A DNA stretch of 64,000 nt, from assembly GCA_963789955.1 (NCBI GenBank), contig CAWBMV010000012.1, positions 160,001 through 224,000 on the forward strand, given 5' to 3'. The notes below the pieces were generated by a model, which was not told where the DNA came from, did no database searches, and saw only the letters and a program-made list of their open reading frames with translations. Position numbers and translations under genes: made by a program. This document shows, piece by piece, positions 9,388-19,928 of this stretch; position 1 is the first letter of the stretch; each line of letters starts with the position of its first letter. This DNA is from an uncultured Candidatus Rokubacteria bacterium (lineage in GTDB: Bacteria > Methylomirabilota > Methylomirabilia > Rokubacteriales > CSP1-6).

Positions 9388-10794
9388 CTACACGATCTGC
9401 CAGCGGGATCGCGGAAACGTCGTGCCCGTGCGGGTCTGCAGCTTCTCGCCGATCTCCTGCACCTTCGCGAAGAGCCGCGGCTCGTCGACGAACGTCTGGC
9501 GATAGGCGTCGACCACCACCTTGCCGTCGACGATGACGGTGTGCACGCTGCGGCCGTCGGCGTTGTAGACGAGGTTGTTGATCGGGTTGAAGAGCGCCTG
9601 CCATTCCGGGCGCTGCGTGTCGAAGAGCACCAGGTCGGCTTTCTTGCCCGGCTCGATCGAGCCGATCTCGTCGTCGACGCCGAGGGCCTGAGCGCCCACG
9701 ATCGTCGCCATCTCGAGCGCCGCTTCGGCCGGGATCATCCGCGTGTCCTGGCGGGCGTCCTTGTACTGGATGGCCGCCATGTTCATCGCGCGCACGATGT
9801 CGAGATGGTTCGAGTTGTTGGGCGAGTCGCAGCCGAGCGCGATCTTGACGCCCTTGGCGAGAAGCTCCGGCATGCGCCCGTGCTCCGGGATGCCGCGGCC
9901 GCCCTTCGCGGCGGTGACCGGGCACATCGCGACCTTCGTGCCCGTGCGCGCCAGGCACTCGATCTCGGCGTCGTCCACGCCGAGCGCGTGCGCCAGCACC
10001 ACGTTCGGCCCGAGCACGCCGAGCGACTCGAGGTATTCGGTGGGAGTCTTACCGTGACGCGCTTGATAGTCTTTGCGCGCCTGGGGCCCGCTTCCGTGGT
10101 GGAGGGTCAGATAGGTGTTGTGCTCGTCCGCCACGGCCTTGGCCGCGCGCAGGAGGTCCGCGCTACACGTCTCCGGCGAGAACGGCATGGCCCACGCCTT
10201 GATCCGGCCGTCGAGTCGCCCCTGCCACTTGCCGAGGAACGCGGCGGTTCGCTTGACCGCGTCGTTCGTGGCGTAGCGGGGCAGGGGAAACGGCGCGTCC
10301 TGGTCGGAGACGCACTCGCCGATGATCACGCGAATGCCGGCGTCGTCGTACGCCTGCAGGCACGCGTCCGGGAACTTCGTGCTGCCGGGATCGACGAAGC
10401 AGACCGTCCCGCTCTTCAGGAGCTCCACGAGCCCCAGCAGGGTGGTGGCGTGCTCCTCTTCCTCGGTCATCGCCATCTGCAGCTTGAACACGTGACTCAA
10501 CGGGCTCGCGAGGTTGTCGGGGAAGATGCCGCGTACGGCATGGGCGTAGCTGATGTGCATGTGGCCGTTGACGAAGCCCGGCGTCACGAGCAGATGGCGC
10601 GCGTCGATCACGCGGTCGGCCTGGGCGTTCGCCAGGGCAGCCGCCTTGCCGACGCGGCTCACCTTGCCGTCTTCGACGAGGATCGAGCCGTCCTGGATGA
10701 TTCGGCGCTCGCGGTCGACGGTGACGACGTAGCGGGCGTTGTCGATCTTGAGGCTCTGGGCGGGCATCGCGGGTCCTAGCGTGGCCGCGATCAA
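9388..10794 (-). CDS. Amidohydrolase (MTA/SAH deaminase / AtzA-like subfamily)
   Basis: PGFVNGHMH metal motif, VVLAHAL, ALGCDS and GSIEPGKKADLV. Confidence 0.9.
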   Translation of the reverse strand: MIAATLGPAMPAQSLKIDNARYVVTVDRERRIIQDGSILVEDGKVSRVGKAAALANAQADRVIDARHLLVTPGFVNGHMHISYAHAVRGIFPDNLASPLSHVFKLQMAMTEEEEHATTLLGLVELLKSGTVCFVDPGSTKFPDACLQAYDDAGIRVIIGECVSDQDAPFPLPRYATNDAVKRTAAFLGKWQGRLDGRIKAWAMPFSPETCSADLLRAAKAVADEHNTYLTLHHGSGPQARKDYQARHGKTPTEYLESLGVLGPNVVLAHALGVDDAEIECLARTGTKVAMCPVTAAKGGRGIPEHGRMPELLAKGVKIALGCDSPNNSNHLDIVRAMNMAAIQYKDARQDTRMIPAEAALEMATIVGAQALGVDDEIGSIEPGKKADLVLFDTQRPEWQALFNPINNLVYNADGRSVHTVIVDGKVVVDAYRQTFVDEPRLFAKVQEIGEKLQTRTGTTFPRSRWQIV

Positions 10795-11585
10795 CGGCCC
10801 TGGAACTGCGGCCGGCGCTTTTCGGAGAACGCCTTGACGCCTTCTTGATAGTCCTGGCTATTGAAGCAGTCGGCGATGAGCTTCTCGAGCATCGCCAGAT
10901 CGCGCTCGCCGTCGGGACGCACGAGCTGCTCGACGGTCGCCTTGGCCGAGCGCAGGGTGAGCGGCGCGTTCTTGGCCATCGTCAGCGCGTAGTTGCGCGT
11001 GAAGGCTTCGAGCTCGGCCTTCGGCACGACCTGGTTCACCAGCCCCATGCGGAGGGCGTCCTGCGCGCTGAAGTCGGTGCGCGCGGTGAAGAAGATCTCC
11101 TTCGTGTAGGCGGGCCCCACGAGCTTCATGAGCTTTTCCATGCCCTTGTAGTGGTAGCCGAGGCCGAGCCGCGCCGCGGGGATCCCGAATCGCGCGTCGT
11201 CCGAGGCGATGCGCATGTCGCAGCCGATCGCGATGCCGACGCCGCCGCCGACACAGTAGCCGTGGATCATCGCGAGGAGCGGCTTGGTCAACGTGCCGAG
11301 CGCGCTCTGACCTTTCTCCGAGATCCGGCTGTATTCCTCCTGATCGGCCATGTTGCGCCGCCGCTCCTTGAACTGCGAGATGTCGGCACCGGCCACGAAC
11401 GCCTGGTCGCCGGCACCGCGCAGGACGACGACACGGATCGCGTCGTCGGTGGCGAGATCGCGAACGTAGTCGGGCATGAGCTGCCACATCTCGAGGCTCA
11501 CCGCGTTGCGCTTCTCGGGCTGGTTGAAGATGATCCAGCCGATCGGTCCGTCCTTTTGCAGCAGGAGCTTCGATGTCTCGCTCAT
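10791..11585 (-). CDS. Enoyl-CoA hydratase/isomerase family protein
   Basis: FNQPEKRNA, AFVAGADIS, GYCVGGG, CDMRIA, C-terminal EGVKAFSEKRRPQFQGR. Confidence 0.93.
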   Translation of the reverse strand: MSETSKLLLQKDGPIGWIIFNQPEKRNAVSLEMWQLMPDYVRDLATDDAIRVVVLRGAGDQAFVAGADISQFKERRRNMADQEEYSRISEKGQSALGTLTKPLLAMIHGYCVGGGVGIAIGCDMRIASDDARFGIPAARLGLGYHYKGMEKLMKLVGPAYTKEIFFTARTDFSAQDALRMGLVNQVVPKAELEAFTRNYALTMAKNAPLTLRSAKATVEQLVRPDGERDLAMLEKLIADCFNSQDYQEGVKAFSEKRRPQFQGR

Positions 11586-11634
11586 GGCGCTCTCCTGGTC
11601 GGGGGTTTGAGGTCAAAGCTACCGTGCCCCGCGC

Positions 11635-12963
11635 CTACTTGTCCAGCCAGACCTCCTGCATCCGCCCGTAGTTGTAGAGCGCGTTGTGCGGGACCAGATT
11701 CTTCACGTGGGGCCACTGGGTGAAGTATTCCTTGCGCCAGCCGAGCATCGGCCGGGCCACGTCGGCCTCGAGCTTGCGCTGGATGTCCCAGACGATCCGC
11801 ATCCGCTTCGCGCGGTCGAGCTCCTGCGACTGCGCGTCGATGAGGCGGTCGACCTGCTCGTCGCAATAGTCAGTGTAGTTGCGCGGCGAGCCGCACTTGT
11901 AGTTCTCGAAGAAGTACGCGTCGGGGTCGTCGACGACTCCCGCGGTCAGGTTGGCGCCGATCTGGAACTCGCGCCGCGCGAGCGTGGGAAACCACGCGGC
12001 CGTGTCGACCTGCCGTACGGCGGCCTCGATGCCGACCTGCTTGAGCTGGTCCACGACGAACGACGCCAGATCGATATAGATCGCGAAATTGCGCGTGACC
12101 AGGTCGACCTTGAGCGCGGTCCCGCTCACCCCGGCGGCGGCGAGCAGGCGCTTGGCCTCGGCCTTGTCCTGCGCGGCGGCGCGATAGCCCGGGAGCGTCC
12201 TGACCTCTTTGTCCGGCAGCCCCCAGGCCCCGAACGGTGGCGACATCAGCGCGGGCCCGACGAAGGCGCCGCCCTGACGCACGCCCTGGACGAATCCGTG
12301 GCGATCCAGGGCCAGGCTGACGGCGCGCCGGATCGCGACCTTGTCGAACGGCGGCCGCTTGTGGTTCAGGATCACGTTGTCACTGCCGTTCTGCGCGATC
12401 TCGGTGACCACGAGCGCGGGCGTGTTCTTCTTCGCGGTCTCGGCCATGAGCTTCGTCATCTCGAGCGGGATCGAGACGTCGAGCTGTCCGGCCTGGAGCG
12501 CGGCCAGCCGCGTGCCGCGCTCGGTGATGATCGGGTAGCGGATTCCGTCGAGATAGGGCCGGTCCTTGACGAAGTAGTCGGGGTTGCGTTCGAGCTCGAT
12601 CACCTGACCGCGTACGTACTCCTTGAGCTTGAACGGACCGGTGCCGACGCAGCGCTGGCGCAGGTCGGCCAGCGGCACGTGCGCCGGATAGACCGGCGAG
12701 TAGCCCGAGGCCAGCAGGAGCAGGAGCGAGGGTTGCGGGCGCTTGAGCCGGAAGATCACGGTCTGCGCGTCGGGTGTCTCGATCGCGTCGACGTTCTCGT
12801 ACCAATCTTTTCTTGGACTCAATCGAAGCTTCGCGGGCGCGTCGCGCGCCTCGCGGACCACGTCGAAGGTGTACTTGACGTCCTTCGCGGTGAACGGCTG
12901 GCCGTCGTGCCAGCGGACGTTCTTTCGAAGGAAGAACACGAGATTGCGGTAGTTGTCCTGCCA
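11635..12963 (-). pseudogene. Family-5 ABC substrate-binding protein lacking its 5' end (no start or signal peptide)
   Basis: Recognisable sequence begins at WQDNYRNLVFFLRKNVRWHDGQPFTAKDV, continues through VGTGPFKL and PPFDKVAIRRAV to EVWLDK. The in-frame sequence upstream is only the antisense of the neighbouring gene. Confidence 0.8.
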
Positions 12964-13647
12964 GGCAACACCCGCGATCGCCAGGGCCGCCTGGTGTCGT
13001 GCGAGCACGACGCGCGGCGCGTGACGCGGACCGAGCACGACGGCACCATCACGGTCGTGGCCGACCGCTACCAGGGCAAGCCGCTGAACTCGCCGAACGA
13101 CGTCATCTGCAAGTCGGACGGGTCCATCTGGTTCAGCGATCCGCCCTTCGGGATCCTCGGCAACTACGAGGGCCACGTGGCGACGCCGGAGCTGCCGACC
13201 AACGTCTATCGCGTCGACGGCCGGACGGGCGAGGTGGCCGCCGTCACCAGCGACATTCCACGGCCCAATGGCCTCTGCTTCAGCCCGGACGAGTCGAAGC
13301 TCTACGTCGTCGTCAGCGGCGCGGTGCCGCGCGAGATCCGGGTGTTCGACGTCGTCGGCGGGACGAGCCTCGCCAACAACCGGGTGTTCATCAATTGCGG
13401 CGACGGCGTTCCGGACGGCATGCGCTGCGACGTCGACGGCAACCTCTGGTGCGGCTGGGGCGGCGGCGAAAGCCTGGACGGCGTGTCGATCTTCAACCCG
13501 TCCGCCAAGCTCATCGGGCACATCTCGCTCCCGGAGCGCTGCGCCAACCTCTGCTTCGGGGGGCTCAAGCGCAATCGGCTCTTCATGGCGGCGAGCCAGT
13601 CGCTCTACGCGCTCTACGTGAACACGCAGGGAGTCCAGGGCGGCTAG
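12964..13647 (+). pseudogene. SMP-30/gluconolactonase family protein lacking its 5' end
   Basis: GNTRDRQGRLVSCEH, LNSPNDV, IWFSDPPFG, PNGLCFSPDE, PDGMRCDVDGNLW and NLCFGG motifs; the usual N-terminal part and start are absent. Confidence 0.8.
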
Positions 13648-13669
13648 GCTCCGCGAGCGAGGAGGACGC

Positions 13670-15260
13670 ATGGAACGCCGGAGATCTGGATCGATCATCG
13701 TCGCGGCGCTGGCTGTGCTCGCCGTCGTCGCGCCGGCCGCGGCGCAGAACCGCTACAGCTTCACCGATGCCGCGAAGTCGCCGCTGAACTTCTCGAAGGC
13801 CACCGTGAAGCCGCAGATCGCCTGCCCCGACGTGCGAAGCCTGGTCTCGGGCGGCATGACGATCGGGGCGGTGGAGATCGTCGCGGCCGCCGAGGGCGTG
13901 CCGGAGCACTGCCGGGTCACCGGCACGATCGCGCCGGAGATCCACTTCGAGGTGAATCTGCCGGCGGCGTGGAACCGGCGCTTCTACATGAGCGGCAACG
14001 GCGGGTTCGCGGGCGAGGTCTCCGACAGCCCGCCCCGGGCCGCGGTGCGCGCCGCGGCGCTGCGGCAGGGTTTCGTGACCGCCACGACCAACACGGGTCA
14101 CGACGCGACGAAGGAGCCCCTGGCGAGCTTCGCGGTCGATCCGCAGAAGGTGACGGACTACGCGTTTCGGGCGGTGCACCTGACCGCGCTCACCGCGAAG
14201 GGAATCGCCACACGGTACTACGACCGTCCGGTCGCCTACTCGTACTGGGACGGCTGCTCCACCGGCGGCCGGCAGGCGTTGATCTCGGCGCAGCGATTCC
14301 CGGGAGACTTCGACGGGATCGTCGCCGGCGCGCCCGTGCTCAACTTCGTCGATACGACCATCGCCGGACTCTGGAACGCCCGCGCGGTGTCCGACGGGCC
14401 GCTGACGCTCGAGGCGATGAAGCTCGTCGCCGACGCGGTCTACGCGAAGTGCGGGGGCGCCGACGGGGTCATCGATGATCCGCGGCGCTGCGCCTTCGAT
14501 CCGACACGCGACTTGCCGAAATGCTCCGGCGGCATCGGGTCGGGCTGCGTCACCGAGTCGCAGGCCAACGCCCTCAAGAAGATCTACGGCGGCGTGACCA
14601 AGGACGGCAAGCCCTACTTCCCCGGGCCAGCCGCTCGGCGCCGAGAAGGCCGGCGTGTCCCCGTTCGGCGACGCGCAGCCTTCGAGCGGCTGGGACCGAT
14701 GGCTGATCGGCCGCGACGGCGGCAAGTCGCTCCAGCTCGCCTACGGCGAATCGTTCATGCGGTACATGGCGTTCGGCAAGCCGGATCCGAGCTACGACTG
14801 GAAGACGTTCGACTTCGATAAGGACCCGGACCGGATGGGCGACATCCGCAAGCTCCTCAACGCGACCGACCCGGATCTCTCGCTGTTCCGCAACCGCGGC
14901 GGCAAGCTCTTGATGTACTTCGGCTGGGCCGACACGGCGCTGACGCCGTTCATGGCGATCGACTACTACGAGAAGGCGCTTGCGGCGAACGGCCCGGACA
15001 CGCGCGATTTCTTCCGCTTCTTCCTGGTCCCGGGCATGTTCCATTGCCGGGGCGGCGTCGGCACCGACCGCTTCGACGCGATGACCACCTTGATCAACTG
15101 GGTCGAAGGCGGCACGGCGCCCGACACGATTCCCGCGTCGCGCGTCGAGCAGGACCAGGTCAAGCGCACGCGGCCGCTCTGCCCGTACCCGCGCGTCGCG
15201 CGCTACAAGGGCTCGGGCAGCATCGACGATGGGGCGAGCTTCGCCTGCGCCGACCCCTGA
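13670..15260 (+). CDS. Tannase/feruloyl esterase family alpha/beta hydrolase, secreted, one frameshift near 14625
   Basis: Signal peptide; GNGGFAG; nucleophile motif WDGCSTGGRQ; C-terminal FGWADTA, PGMFHCRGG, RTRPLCPYP. Confidence 0.92.
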
Positions 15261-15264
15261 GGCG

Positions 15265-16060
15265 TCAGCCGCGCGTGATCTGCCCGATGCCGGGCAGGCG
15301 GCCCAGGAAATTGCCGGTGATGCCGCCGTCGACGACGAGATCGTGGCCGTTGACGTAGCGCGAATCGGGACCGAGCAGGAACGCGATGACGTCGGCCATG
15401 TCCTCGGGCGTGGCGACGCGGCCCAGTGGGACGAGCGCGTCACGCTCGGCGGCGATCTTCTGATCGGCGTAGACCTTCTCGGTCATGCCCGTGCGCACCA
15501 TCCCGGGCGAGACCGTGTTGACCCTGATCCCGTCCCGGCCGAGCTCCTGCGCCAACACCTGCGCGAGCATGATCACCGCGGCCTTGGTCGGGCCGTACGG
15601 GCCGAGGTTCGCGTGCGCGTTGGTGCCGGACATCGAGCCCACCGCGACGATGGCGCCACGCGACGCCTTGAGCGCCGGATACGCCGCCTTCGCGAGGAGC
15701 CACGTGGCCCGCGTGTTCACGGCGAATACACGGTCCCAGTCGTCGACCGAGTAGCTGACCAGCGGGCCAGGGCGGTTGATACCCGGCGTTGCTCACCAGC
15801 CCGTCGAGCCCGCCGAACCGGCTGACCGCTTCGCCGACGACCCGCGCGGGCGCGTCGGCGGTGCCCATGTCGCCGTGGAGCGCGAGCGGCTCGGCCTCGT
15901 GCTTTCGCAGCTCGTCCAGCAGGCCGTCGAGGCCCGGCGACGGGCCGATGTCGACGGCCGCGATCTGGGCTTTCTTTCCCTGGGCCCGCGCATCGCGCGC
16001 CAGGCGCAGACACGTCGCCCGTCCGATTCCGCTCGCCGCTCCGGTCACCAGAACACGCAT
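15265..16060 (-). CDS. SDR family oxidoreductase, frameshift near 15780
   Basis: MRVLVTGAASGIG, VSNAG, YGPTK (YxxxK), IRVNTVSPG, VDGG. Confidence 0.9.
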
Positions 16061-16099
16061 GGCCACCTCCGCGTTGCGAGTGTACAACGGTAAACGGCC

Positions 16100-17012
16100 G
16101 TGACACCTTCGATCCAACTCGACGCGGTCGCGGGCGGCGCCGGCGGAAGCTGGTACGTGCTGATGGAAGGCGTGGCGCGTCTGGTCGGCGAGATCCATCC
16201 GGAGATTCGCATCCGGGTCGTCGAGGGCGGCGGGGTCTCGAATCACGCGCGGGTTGGAGCGGGCGAGAGTCCCCATGGGCATTCTCAATCCGCCCATGAC
16301 CGCCGCGGCCCTCGCGGGTCGGCGACCGTACGAACAGCGCTATCCGGCGCTGCGTATCGGCGCCGCCAATCTCACCACCAACCATTTGCACTGCTTCGTC
16401 GAGCGCGCGTCGCCGCTCGATTCGGTCGCGTCGTGGCTCGAAGGTCGCCAGCCCGTGCGGATGCCGGTCGATCGCGTCGGCACCGTCGATCGCATGGTGT
16501 TTCAGCTCACGCTCGGTCATTTCGGTGTCGCCGAGCCCGATGTGGAACGCTGGGGCGGCGCGCTCGTACCCGCGCGCAGCTACGACGAGCAGCTGGTGCT
16601 GTACCGAGCGGGCACGGTGAACGCGTTGTGGCAGTTCATGGGGATTCCGTCGCCGTCGATCGAGGCGGCCAACACGTTGCGTCCGCTCCGGCCGCTGGCG
16701 TTTCCCGAGAGCCTCATCGTCGCGCTCGAGCGTCTGGGCTGGACGCCGGCGACCTTGCCGGCCGGTGCGTACGGGATCGTCGACCGGCCGGTGCCGACAG
16801 TCGCGATGGGGACGTCGCTGGGCTTCCACGCCGACGTCCCGGACGACGTCGTGTACAAGATCGTTCGCGTTGTCTGCGAACAGCGTGAGCGCGTCCGCCG
16901 GATCCACCCGGCGGCGGCCGGGTTCGACCCGACGGACGCGCCTCGTCTCGCTCGCGGGCCGCTGCACCTTGGCGCCGCGAGATACTTCCGCGAGGCGGGG
17001 CTTTTGGCCTGA
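16100..17012 (+). CDS. TAXI-family TRAP transporter solute-binding-like protein, frameshift near 16270
   Basis: AGGAGGSWYVLMEGVA, GGGVSN, DVPDDVVYKIV, PLHLGAARYFRE. Confidence 0.8.
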
Positions 17013-17119
17013 GTTCGCGTCGAACCCGACGCGGAATCCCTCCGACTCGCGCGGGCGTCCCACCGTTCAAGGGCGAGGGATGTCCTGGGCGCTCGCACCG
17101 GGCGCGGAGGAGGTCGACC

Positions 17120-17784
17120 ATGCTCAGAGCGGATGGTCGTAACGTCGCGTCGATCCTGCGCCGTGATCCTGGTGGCGTGGTTTCTGTTCGTGCTCGCAGC
17201 CGGCTTCGCGGGCTTCGTTCGAGTCGGGGCCCTCGCGGCCGCCGCTGGCGGTGCTCGTGGCGGTCGCCGGACCGCCCCTGATCTTTGCCGCGGCATATCG
17301 CGCATCGCGACGCTTCCGCGATTTCGTGCTCGCGATCGATCTGCGGCTCCTCACGGCCGTCCAGAGCTGGCGTGTGATCGGCGTCATGTTCCTGGCCTTC
17401 TACGCCGTCGGCCTGCTGCCCGGTCTCTTCGCGTGGCCGGCCGGTGTTGGTGATGCGGCCGTCGGGCTGGCGGCGCCGTTCGTGCTGCTGGCGATGGTCC
17501 GTCGTAGCTCGACGTGGCGCCGTCAGGTGCTGTGGCTCAACATCGCCGGGCTCGTCGACTTCATCGGCGCCGTCGGGACGGGCGTGCTGTCCAGCAACGA
17601 CTCGATCGGGCTCGTCGGCGACGGAGCGACGCGCGTGTCTCTCGGATCGCTCCCGCTGAGCCTGATCCCGACGTTCGCGGTGCCGCTGTGGACGCTCTTT
17701 CACATCGTGTCGCTGCTGCAGCTGGCACGGACGGCGGGAACGGTGTCGGCGAGAGAGGGGACGGTCGCGACCGCGGGGATCTGA
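17120..17784 (+). CDS. Hypothetical multi-pass membrane protein, frameshifted near the N-terminus
   Basis: RBS GGAGGAGG before ATG at 17120; hydrophobic ORF with QSWRVIG, FAWPAGVGD and PLSLIPTFAVPLWTLFH. Confidence 0.65.
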
Positions 17785-17794
17785 GCGCGGTCGC

Positions 17795-18238
17795 TCAGCG
17801 CCCGATGCCGCGCGCCATCAGCACGGCCATCAGCGGCATGAGCGCCAGCAAACCGAGCTCGATGTGAATCAAGCGCCGGGCGGCGGCGATCTCGTCGCCG
17901 GCCGGCGCAGTGCCGCGCTCCGCGGCCGCGCGCTTCCAGCGCAGGAACGTGCGCGTGGGCGTGATCGAGATCGCCGCGATGATCACGTAGAGGGCCATCT
18001 TCACCCAGAACGTCGGGTTACCCGTGTAGAAGCTGACGCCCTTGGCGTAGAAGAACAGGCGGAGCAGGCCGGTGGCGAGCGCGGCGAGGGCGGAGGCGAA
18101 GAAGACGGCGTCGATGCCCGCGAGCCGACGCGCCTGCTCGGTCGTCATCCCCGCGCGGCACATGACCAGCTCACCGACCAGAAAGCCGGCGAGGAGGATG
18201 ATGCTCAGGTAGTGCAGGTACGCGATCAACGGTTCCAT
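17795..18238 (-). CDS. DUF2214-family membrane protein
   Basis: LIAYLHYLSI, GLLRLFFYAKG, FWVKMALY, SITPTRTFLRW, C-terminal LMARGIG. Confidence 0.85.
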   Translation of the reverse strand: MEPLIAYLHYLSIILLAGFLVGELVMCRAGMTTEQARRLAGIDAVFFASALAALATGLLRLFFYAKGVSFYTGNPTFWVKMALYVIIAAISITPTRTFLRWKRAAAERGTAPAGDEIAAARRLIHIELGLLALMPLMAVLMARGIGR

Positions 18239-18342
18239 GGTCGGCCGATGCTATGCCGCGGCGCCGTCACGGTCAACGGTCCTCGATCGTCGGGGCTGGA
18301 GTAGAATGCAGGGCCACGACGGAAGAGGAGGGCGACCGGTCC

Positions 18343-19512
18343 ATGACGATCAAGGGCAAGGCGTACATCGCGGGAATCTTCGAGCACCCCACGCGCAAGG
18401 CCGACACCCAGTCGCTGGCCCAGCTGCACGCCGAGTCCGGACTGGGCGCGCTGGCCGACGCGGGACTGAAAAAGGACGACGTCGACGGCTACTTCTGCGC
18501 GGGCGACGCGCCCGGCCTCGGCCCGCTCTCGATGGCCGACTACATGGGGCTGAAGCTCCGCCACATGGACACGACGGAGACGGGCGGCTCCTCGTACGTG
18601 ATCCACGTCGCGCACGCCGCCGAGGCGATCGCGCTCGGTAAGTGCAACGTCGCGCTGATCACCCTGGCCGGCCGGCCCCGCGCCGAGGGGATGGCGACCG
18701 GCACCGTCCCGCGCGCGCCGGTCGCGTCCGTTCCCGACGCGCCGTTCGAGTATCCGTTCGGCCCGACCGTCGTGAACCAGTACGCGATGGCGGCGATGCG
18801 CCACATGTACCAGTACGGCACGACGAGCGCACAGCTCGCGTGGATCAAGGTGGCCGCCTCGCAGCACGCGCAGCACAACCCGCATGCCCTCCTGCGCGAG
18901 GTCGTCACGGTCGAAGAGGTCATCAACTCGCCGATGATCTCCGACCCGCTGCACCGGCTCGACTGCTGCGTCATCACCGACGGCGGCGGTGCGATCGTGG
19001 TCGTGAAGCCGGAGATCGCGAAGAGCCTGAAGCGGCCGCTCGTGAAGGTGCTGGGCGCCGGCGAGGCGCCGAAGCATCAGATGGGCGGCAAGATCGACCT
19101 GACCTACTCGGGCGCGGTCTGGTCCGGACCCACGGCGTTCGCCGAGGCCGGCGTGACGCATTCCGACATCAAGTACGTGTCGATCTACGACAGCTTCACG
19201 ATCACCGTGCTCATCACGCTCGAGGATCTCGGCTTCGCGGCGAAGGGGCAGGGCGGCAAGCTCGTCGCCGACGGCAACCTGATCTCGGGCGTCGGCAAGC
19301 TGCCGTTCAACACCGACGGCGGCGGGCTCTGCAACAACCATCCAGCCAACCGCGGCGGTCTCACGAAGGTCGTGGAGGCGGTGCGGCAGCTCCGCGGCGA
19401 GGCGCATCCGAAGGTGCAGGTGAAGAACTGCGACATCGCGCTGGCGCACGGCACCGGCGGTTCGCTCGGCACGCGGCACGGCAGCGCCACCGTGATCCTG
19501 GGCAGGGAGTGA
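18343..19512 (+). CDS. Thiolase-domain protein (SCP2/SCP-x type, non-canonical)
   Basis: MTIKGKAYIAG, PLHRLDCCVITDGGGA, IYDSFT, NTDGGGL; RBS GAGGAG. Confidence 0.9.
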   Translation: MTIKGKAYIAGIFEHPTRKADTQSLAQLHAESGLGALADAGLKKDDVDGYFCAGDAPGLGPLSMADYMGLKLRHMDTTETGGSSYVIHVAHAAEAIALGKCNVALITLAGRPRAEGMATGTVPRAPVASVPDAPFEYPFGPTVVNQYAMAAMRHMYQYGTTSAQLAWIKVAASQHAQHNPHALLREVVTVEEVINSPMISDPLHRLDCCVITDGGGAIVVVKPEIAKSLKRPLVKVLGAGEAPKHQMGGKIDLTYSGAVWSGPTAFAEAGVTHSDIKYVSIYDSFTITVLITLEDLGFAAKGQGGKLVADGNLISGVGKLPFNTDGGGLCNNHPANRGGLTKVVEAVRQLRGEAHPKVQVKNCDIALAHGTGGSLGTRHGSATVILGRE

Positions 19513-19516
19513 GACG

Positions 19517-19909
19517 ATGACCACGACGGAACGGAAGTACCCGGCGCCGGCCCTCAACCCGGAGATCAAGCCGTTCTTCGACGCCGCCACGGAAGGCAAG
19601 CTCGCGCTGAAGAAGTGCGCGGCCTGTGGCCAGGCGCATCACTACCCGCGCGCGATCTGCCCGTTCTGCGCGAGCGATCGGACCGAGTGGATCACCGCCT
19701 CGGGGCGGGGAACGATCTACTCCTACAGCGTCATGCGGCGCGTGCCGGTGCCCTACGCGATCGGCTACGTGACCCTGGAAGAAGGCGTGACGATGATGAC
19801 CAACATCGTCGACTGCGATCTGGACGCGATCCGGATCGGCCAGCGGGTGAAGGTGGTCTTCAAGCCGACCGACGGCGGACCGCCGGTGCCCATGTTCACC
19901 CCGGCCTGA
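19517..19909 (+). CDS. DUF35 Zn-ribbon/OB-fold acyl-CoA-binding protein
   Basis: CAAC...CPFC Zn ribbon, GTIYSYSVM, VTLEEG; directly follows the thiolase. Confidence 0.92.
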   Translation: MTTTERKYPAPALNPEIKPFFDAATEGKLALKKCAACGQAHHYPRAICPFCASDRTEWITASGRGTIYSYSVMRRVPVPYAIGYVTLEEGVTMMTNIVDCDLDAIRIGQRVKVVFKPTDGGPPVPMFTPA

Positions 19910-19928
19910 TCGTCCGCGAGTCTCGCCG

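Noticed and set aside
11635..13698. Apparent pair of fully overlapping 687-aa and 653-aa genes
   Set aside because: Each is one truncated real gene plus the antisense of the other; the junction at ~12963 explains it.
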